62,225 nucleotides of DNA, from the NCBI GenBank assembly GCA_947448395.1, contig CANFNA010000001.1, positions 1-62,225 of the forward strand. The letters run 5' to 3'. Of the stretch, positions 56,490 to 62,225 are shown piece by piece (the stretch's first letter is position 1; each line of letters begins with the position of its first letter). The translations under genes and the position numbers were made by a program. The notes beneath the pieces are model-generated. The model searched no databases. It saw only the letters and a list, made by a program, of their open reading frames with translations, and was not told the DNA's origin. The stretch comes from Chthoniobacteraceae bacterium (lineage in GTDB: Bacteria; Verrucomicrobiota; Verrucomicrobiia; Chthoniobacterales; Chthoniobacteraceae).

Positions 56490-57794
56490 ATGAAACGCTT
56501 CTTTTTTGCCCTTGGTTCTTCTCCCTTGGTTCGTTGTTGGTTTTTCGTGATAGCTTGTTCGCTCTTTGTTCAGGCGCATGCCGTCAGCGCAGAAACAAAA
56601 ACCGAGGTCGGTGAACCGTTCCGGCCAGAGGTTGGCAAGTTTCCGCCGTTGGAAAAGGCGTATGCCTACCGAGGCGAACTCGTTTTTGTGGACCACGCGA
56701 CCCGCCGTGGCAGCATCCGCGTGCAAGGGGCTGGAACATATTTCCGAAACGCCCCGCATCCCTTTGCCATGCTTCCTTACGGCATCGTTCGCTATCATGG
56801 AGCGCCAGCGGATCTGCGAGATATCCCACTCGGCACCGTAATGTACGTCCGAGCTTATCTCCCGCCGGACCCGAAGAACTCCTCCGTGCCGGTTTTGCCC
56901 GTAAATAACCGGGAGAAAACCGCGGGTTATAGTGGTGCCGGCATCGCGCCCGCCGAGAACCATGTTCTTCTTCTCGAAGACGAACCCAGCCACTGCCATC
57001 GTGAGGGACTGGTCTGGAAGCTCAAAGAACTGGAAATCAAGAACAACGCTGGGATGATCGTCGCCAGCCTACAAAAAATGCAAGGTGGAGACGGTAAGGC
57101 CACCGAGGAAAAGATGACCTTCGATGCCGCCACTCGCATCTGGCGCGGCCGCGAACGCCTAGAGATCTCGGAGCTAATCGCCGAGGGTGCGTGGCCTGTA
57201 GAAGGAAAGAAATCTCTCGGCGGCCAACCTGTTCTGCTCGGTATTACTTGGAAGCCCACGCCGGATGGCGTCTTCACCCGATTCCACATCTCAGACATCT
57301 GGCTTGATGACGCCGCGATGCAACGTGCTGTTCATCATCAGACGGAGGTCCACAAGGCCTTTATTCGCAGCCGCTGGATGCCGGCCTGGATCGATGCCGT
57401 CGAGTATGGGAAGTTCGGTCGTGCGACGGTGACTGCGACGCTGTTCGGCGGGATGGATCCTTCCTTGTATGACGATTTCAAAAAGGATGCTCCGGCCTTG
57501 ATGAATGGGGCAGAGAATACGTTGAAGCACACCCATGGCGGATACGGCCCTGCGCATATGGCTTCAAAAGGGCCAATCGTGGCTGTCATGCAATTGTCGG
57601 GAGAGACGCCGTTGGGAAGCAGCGGCATCCAGATCCGTTTTGAGACGGACCTCATCATCGAGGGCATTCGTCCCGGAAGAATCGTCCGCGTGCGTCCGAA
57701 GGAGTGGCCGCAGGTTGACTTGCCGCGAGAGGAATTCCTTGGCGACGGCCTTGAAGATCGCTTCGCAACGCCGGCAATTTTTCCGAAATACTAA
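56490..57794 (+). CDS. secreted hypothetical protein, paralogue B (no recognised family)
   Basis: Start re-picked at MKRFFFALGSS... (ATG 56490, signal peptide), 25 nt after the paralogue A stop. The upstream 64 codons of the ORF overlap paralogue A in another frame. Confidence 0.6.
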   Translation: MKRFFFALGSSPLVRCWFFVIACSLFVQAHAVSAETKTEVGEPFRPEVGKFPPLEKAYAYRGELVFVDHATRRGSIRVQGAGTYFRNAPHPFAMLPYGIVRYHGAPADLRDIPLGTVMYVRAYLPPDPKNSSVPVLPVNNREKTAGYSGAGIAPAENHVLLLEDEPSHCHREGLVWKLKELEIKNNAGMIVASLQKMQGGDGKATEEKMTFDAATRIWRGRERLEISELIAEGAWPVEGKKSLGGQPVLLGITWKPTPDGVFTRFHISDIWLDDAAMQRAVHHQTEVHKAFIRSRWMPAWIDAVEYGKFGRATVTATLFGGMDPSLYDDFKKDAPALMNGAENTLKHTHGGYGPAHMASKGPIVAVMQLSGETPLGSSGIQIRFETDLIIEGIRPGRIVRVRPKEWPQVDLPREEFLGDGLEDRFATPAIFPKY

Positions 57795-58189
57795 ACTTAA
57801 GCCTGCGATTTTGCGGGCGAACTGCGCCCTCAGTGAAAAAATGGCTCTTAGCTCACTGCCCCAAGCAAATTCGCAAAGCACTAATGCCGAACAGCCTTAG
57901 CTGAAAAAGAGCGGCGGATGGCAGCGAATAGGTCTGTGTTCATCAAAACCTCCCCTGGATGGACGACCGCCCTCTGGGGAAGAACACGATTCAGCCCATG
58001 GGAGTTCCATGAAAATCTACGTCACGCACACCAATACCACGGTGCGACTCTTGCAACACGTCTCCTGTCATTGCATCGAATTCTCGAATGCCAGTGATCC
58101 CAGGCGTTGTTTCCTCAAGTCAATTGCGCCGCCTGATCTTTCCGAAAATGTGAGGGGAAAAGGCGAATTGCGATTCGCGTGGCAGGAGT

Positions 58190-61100
58190 ATGCATCCACG
58201 GAATCACACAAATAGCCGTTCGGCAGGAGTCGGATTTCAGCAGGCCATCGGGTTGGTGGTTGTCATGGTTGGCACGCTCACGCTGGTCGGCTGGACTTTC
58301 GGCATTCATAAACTAATCAACTTCGTTCCTGGAACGGTGGCGATAAAGGCCAATACGGGCCTGGCCTTCCTCCTAATTGGCAGTGCGCTTTTATTGCTCC
58401 AAATTTCCAGCAATCGAGCGCTGATTTTGGCCCGGACCTTCCTGCTGTTCGCAGGGGCGATTGGATTGCTGACGCTTTTTGAATACACGACGGGATGGAA
58501 TATCGGCATCGATGAACTGCTTTTCTTGGATACGAGTCCTTTGGGTGGTCTTGTGCTTCCTGGTCGGCCCTTACCGAACATGGCGCTCTGTATTGTGCTT
58601 AGCGTGGCAGGATACTGGCTGATGAGCCAACCGGTCGGAAATGACAGGCGACCCCTGACTATAGGATGTCTGGGTGCATTTGTGGCCACGATCGGAGTGT
58701 TTACAGGTTTCGTTTATTTCGTCGGCTTCGTATCCAGTTACGAATTGTGGCATCTTTCCGGAACGCCTATCCAAGCGGCTGTAATTTTGATTTTGTTAGG
58801 CGCGTCACTCCTCGATTTTGCGCGGCGGGAGTCGCAAATCCGCTGGGTACTAGGACGCAAGCTGAGCTTGGTCTTTAGTGCTACGTCCGTGTTGCTCCTC
58901 GCAGGTGCGATCTATTCCCATCGAAATGCGATCCATATCGTCAAGGTAGCTGATTGGATGCAGCACACCCATGAAGTAAACCTTAAGCTCTCTGAGTTGC
59001 GCGGTGACTTGGATGAATCCCAAAGCGCGCAGCGTGGCTATATTCTCACAGGAAATGAGTCGTTTTTACTATTGGCCTCTAACGCAGAGCCTGCTGCGGA
59101 AAGATATTTGGCGGAGCTGCTGAAATTGACTGAGGATAATTTAATCCAGCAGCAGCGCCTTGTCTCGCTGAAGTCCATCGTGTCGGAATGGTTTAAATTT
59201 TCTGAGAGCACGATAGATGCCCGGAGGACCCTCGGATTTGAGGCCGCAGTGTCATTGATAACCTCGGGCCATGGAAAGGCGCTGATGGATCAGATTCGGG
59301 TGCGCATAGTCAACATGAAGGAGGCAGAAGAGCGGCTGCGCTTATTGCGCCAAGAGGAGTTGGCCGCGCTAACAGTGAGCACCATCTCCATTCTCCCGAT
59401 CGCTACGGCGCTGAGTTTCGTCCTTCTCGCAGCAGGCTTCCTTCAGGTCAATGCTACGGCGGTGGTGGATATAATTGGTAATGAGGCACTGAGGGAGAGT
59501 GAAGATCGGTTTCGCACGATGGCTGACGCTATCCCGCAGTTGGTGTGGATAGCCGAGCCTAACGGTCATATCACTTGGTACAATCAGCGGTGGTATGATT
59601 TCACAGGCACCACCCCTGAAGCGATGGTGGGATGGGGCTGGAAGAGTGTGCATGATCCTGAGCTGCTACCTCTGGTGATGGAACGTTGGACGAGGGCGAT
59701 TGCGAATGAGGTGTCCTTTGAGATGGAGTTTCCATTGCGAGCTGCCGATGGACAGTTCTGTTGGTTCCTGACGAGGGCTGTTCCTTTGAAGAACCCGGCG
59801 GGGAAGCTCTTGCGGTGGTTTGGGACTAATACTGACGTAAGCCAAAAGCGGAAAGCAGAGGAAGAGATCAACCGGCTCAACACAAGACTTGAACAGCGGG
59901 TGCAAGAACGGACTGCAGCGTTGCAAGCCGCTAACAACGAACTATCGGACCTTAAAGCCGCAATGGACGAGCACTCGATCGTGATCATCATGGATCCAAT
60001 CGGTAAGGTAACCTACGTGAACAGTAAGTTCTCCGCGATCTCGGGGTATTCACGGGAAGAATTGCTCGGTCGGGATGACTGTATCGTGAACTCGAAAGAC
60101 TTTTCGGAAGAGTTTAGTCAGGATCTTTGGCAGACGATCTCGGGTGGACGCGTTTGGAGAGGAGAGATCAGAAAGCGCGCCAAGAATGGGGCATTCTACT
60201 GGGCCGACAGCACCATTGTTCCCTTCTACGATACGCGCCGGTCGGTGACCCAGTATATTGCCATTTGCTCCGATATAACGCGGCGCAAGCTCGTGGAAGA
60301 GGCGCTCAGTGAGGGTGAGGAGCGCCTGCGGTTGGCGACCGCGGTTGCAGGAGTTGCGGTCTGGTCGTGGGATATCCAGCGCGATGTAGTCCAGTGGGAC
60401 GAGCTAATGTTTGCCTTGTACGGTATGAAGCCCACCCGAGACGGATGGGTCTCTTACAAGGACTGGCAGGACCGTGTGCTTCCGGAAGATTTTGCTGAGC
60501 AGGAAGCCGTGCTAAAAAATACCGTCGCAAAGGGTGGGTCTAGCCAGCGCGAGTTCCGGATAGTACGGGCATCGGATCAGGCCGTCCGGATCATCCAAGC
60601 CGCCGAGGTAATGGTAGCGCGAGTCGATGCCTCTGCGATGCGAATGGTTGGCGTAAATATTGATATTACCGAGCGGCGCCACGCCGAGGCTGAGATCGCA
60701 AAACTGAACTTGGACCTTCAGCGTCGCTCACACAACCTGGAGCTGGCTAACAAGGAACTGGAGGCCTTTTCCTACTCTGTATCGCACGATCTGCGCACGC
60801 CGTTGCGGGCGGTGGACGGCTTTTCGATGATGGTGTTTGAGCGCTTCCACGGTCAGCTCGGCGAAGAAGGCAGGCGAATGCTTTCTGTCGTACGCAGCGA
60901 GACGCGGCGGATGGGGCAGCTTATTGACGACCTGCTCGCCTTCTGTCGCATTGGCAGGCAGGAGATCGAGTCAGTGGAAGTCGACATGCGCTCTGCGGCG
61001 CAAGAGGTCTTCGACGAACTGGCAAGCTTGGAGCCCAAACGCAAGTTGCAGCTAAATCTCCACCCGCTGCCAGCCACTCGGGGTGTGGCTGCGATGCTCC

Positions 61101-61489
61101 GTCAGGTCTGGGTCAATCTAATCGGAAACGCTATCAAGTTTACTAAGGGTCGCGACGTCGGTTGCATCGAGATTGACGCTTGGTCGGGAGAGGACGGGGA
61201 GCAGATTTACTCCGTTAAAGACAATGGCGTCGGCTTTGACATGCGATACGTAGGGAAGCTCTTCGGGGTCTTCCAGCGACTGCATGCGCTAGATGAATTT
61301 CCGGGAACCGGAGTCGGCCTCGCCATTGCCAGCCGAATTTTGCAACGGCATGGCGGACGCATCTGGGCGGAAGCCGAACTCGACAAAGGGGCGACCTTTA
61401 CGTTTGCACTTCCCAATCAGGAGGTGCGCGCAATTGAATCGAAATCTCCCCAGAGCGAAGGAACTCCGCCGAAAGTGGATCGCATTTGA
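58190..61489 (+). CDS. membrane sensor histidine kinase (multi-TM N-domain, CHASE3, three PAS, HisKA, HATPase_c)
   Basis: About 6-7 N-terminal TM helices. CHASE3-like periplasmic segment (ESQSAQRGYILTGNESFL...NLIQQQRLVSLKSIV) bounded by TM helices. PAS modules (FRTMADAIPQLVWIAEPNGHITWYNQRW; IVIIMDPIGKVTYVNSKF; VAVWSWDIQRDVVQWD). H box FSYSVSHDLRTPL. N/G boxes NLIGNAIKFT, VKDNGVGFD, GTGVGLAI. No receiver, and no adjacent response regulator. Confidence 0.85.
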   Translation: MHPRNHTNSRSAGVGFQQAIGLVVVMVGTLTLVGWTFGIHKLINFVPGTVAIKANTGLAFLLIGSALLLLQISSNRALILARTFLLFAGAIGLLTLFEYTTGWNIGIDELLFLDTSPLGGLVLPGRPLPNMALCIVLSVAGYWLMSQPVGNDRRPLTIGCLGAFVATIGVFTGFVYFVGFVSSYELWHLSGTPIQAAVILILLGASLLDFARRESQIRWVLGRKLSLVFSATSVLLLAGAIYSHRNAIHIVKVADWMQHTHEVNLKLSELRGDLDESQSAQRGYILTGNESFLLLASNAEPAAERYLAELLKLTEDNLIQQQRLVSLKSIVSEWFKFSESTIDARRTLGFEAAVSLITSGHGKALMDQIRVRIVNMKEAEERLRLLRQEELAALTVSTISILPIATALSFVLLAAGFLQVNATAVVDIIGNEALRESEDRFRTMADAIPQLVWIAEPNGHITWYNQRWYDFTGTTPEAMVGWGWKSVHDPELLPLVMERWTRAIANEVSFEMEFPLRAADGQFCWFLTRAVPLKNPAGKLLRWFGTNTDVSQKRKAEEEINRLNTRLEQRVQERTAALQAANNELSDLKAAMDEHSIVIIMDPIGKVTYVNSKFSAISGYSREELLGRDDCIVNSKDFSEEFSQDLWQTISGGRVWRGEIRKRAKNGAFYWADSTIVPFYDTRRSVTQYIAICSDITRRKLVEEALSEGEERLRLATAVAGVAVWSWDIQRDVVQWDELMFALYGMKPTRDGWVSYKDWQDRVLPEDFAEQEAVLKNTVAKGGSSQREFRIVRASDQAVRIIQAAEVMVARVDASAMRMVGVNIDITERRHAEAEIAKLNLDLQRRSHNLELANKELEAFSYSVSHDLRTPLRAVDGFSMMVFERFHGQLGEEGRRMLSVVRSETRRMGQLIDDLLAFCRIGRQEIESVEVDMRSAAQEVFDELASLEPKRKLQLNLHPLPATRGVAAMLRQVWVNLIGNAIKFTKGRDVGCIEIDAWSGEDGEQIYSVKDNGVGFDMRYVGKLFGVFQRLHALDEFPGTGVGLAIASRILQRHGGRIWAEAELDKGATFTFALPNQEVRAIESKSPQSEGTPPKVDRI

Positions 61490-61649
61490 ATGCTCACGGC
61501 GCCTGCCAACTCTGGCATGAGGGAGGCCCTGTTCGTGGCGCCAACTTTCTCGCTGGCCGGGAGCGCTCCATGATCGAACGCCAAATTGAGAGATCATCTA
61601 GGCGCCGCCTCGACAGTGAGTCGGATGACGGGACAATCGATACCGTGGA

Positions 61650-62095
61650 CGCGTATTGTGGTCGTCATGGTGTTCAAGAACGCTCCAAAAGGCGTGGCTT
61701 AAAAGTCGCTATTAGTGGCCCAAGCATTGAGTTGCCGCTGATGTTTTAAAGCGCCAAAGTGAGCGCAAGGAAACGCGATTAGTTTTGGAAAGTGTTGCGC
61801 TTGGCAGTCGTGCGGATCATTTGCCGAAGGAGCTTTCGGGTGGTGAGATGAAGCGTGTTGCGGTGGCCAGAGCACTGATTACCAACCCGCAAGTGGTGAT
61901 TGCAGATGAGCCCACGGGCAATTTGGACAAGAAGACGGGAGAGTATGGTTTTGAGCTGCTGTACAATCTGGTGAAGCCGAAGGGTCTGACTGCGGGCATC
62001 ACAACGCACAACATTGGGTTGGCTTGGCCTATCAAGGCGACGGCATCATCACCTTGGAGGACGTGAGAATTCTGAAGGAAGAAAAGGGCACGTAA
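61650..62095 (+). pseudogene. decayed LolD/MacB-type ABC transporter ATP-binding gene
   Basis: Only the C-terminal half is recognisable: LESVALGSRADHLPKELSGGEMKRVAVARALITNPQVVIADEPTGNLD...GITTHNIGLA (signature + Walker B + H-loop). A frame break lies near 61735-61748 (ELPLMF* in frame 1, then the motif continues in frame 0). A 5-bp tandem duplication TTGGC/TTGGC at 62019-62028 shifts the frame; removing one copy restores ...THNIGLAYQGDGIITLEDVRILKEEKGT*. I could not find an intact Walker A upstream. The 5' boundary is approximate. Confidence 0.6.
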
Positions 62096-62225
62096 AAAAC
62101 GGCTCGGAATGGGCGGCGCGTTCCCCAGTCGGTTTTAGCTCGAAAGGGAGGAGGACCCTTCTTCTTTGGCTGCAGCGACGAGGTGTTTTCGTGCGGCTTC
62201 CAATTGAGCTTCTGGGGTCTCAAAC

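Noticed and set aside
58009-58215. 68-aa ORF upstream of the sensor kinase, and a GCGAAT-TGCG-ATTCGC dyad at about 58163-58178.
   Set aside because: The ORF has no start context or motif. The 6-bp dyad is short enough to occur by chance. It is noted only as a possible operator, not reported as a feature.
61486-61749. 87-aa ORF directly after the histidine kinase gene.
   Set aside because: Its tail (…GPSIELPLMF) looks like an out-of-frame remnant of the ABC ATPase pseudogene, and the remainder has no features. I treat it as part of the decayed gene rather than as a CDS.
62135-62224. Minus-strand open frame entering from the right edge (…FETPEAQLEAARKHLVAAAKEEGSSSLSS*), possibly the C-terminus of a gene outside the window.
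   Set aside because: Only 29 codons are visible and no motif is present, so there is too little to support a CDS call.
1-62225. CRISPR arrays, rRNA genes, IS elements and large inverted or direct DNA repeats.
   Set aside because: I saw no regularly spaced short repeats, no rRNA-like sequence and no transposase-like ORFs. The only long repeats are the diverged gene paralogues already listed. A by-eye scan can miss short or degenerate repeats.

Overview
This is a moderately GC-rich 62.2-kb chromosomal segment. It looks like a PVC-superphylum genome, most likely Verrucomicrobiota. The evidence is three giant secreted ThuA / beta-propeller dehydrogenase / HEAT / C-terminal CxxCH proteins of the Pirellula-Verrucomicrobium type, a cytochrome-c-type DUF1592 + DUF1552 gene pair, BNR and FGE-like domains, and an FHA-Ser/Thr kinase-WD40 protein. 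The segment is probably origin-proximal. dnaA (GTG start, 46943-45543) and dnaN sit next to tRNA-Leu, and recF lies about 17 kb further along the same strand. Coding polarity changes from mostly minus to exclusively plus at about 51 kb. I count about 40 protein genes, 2 tRNAs (His-GTG, Leu-CAG) and one decayed ABC-ATPase pseudogene. I saw no rRNA, CRISPR array, transposase or integrase. Three things stand out. (i) An eight-gene, translationally coupled Che-type chemosensory operon (9.1-19.9 kb) has its only canonical receiver domain fused to a PAS + class III (adenylate-type) cyclase + TPR protein, while CheB and a small extra ORF carry degenerate receivers. (ii) A DUF1592-DUF1552 operon is extended by two tandemly duplicated secreted proteins of no family I recognise. 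(iii) One protein fuses a BNR propeller, a cysteine-less FGE-like domain and a second BNR propeller. All domain calls come from reading motifs by eye in the supplied translations, not from database searches. Several start codons were re-picked from the ORF track using signal peptides and overlapping stop/start codons.
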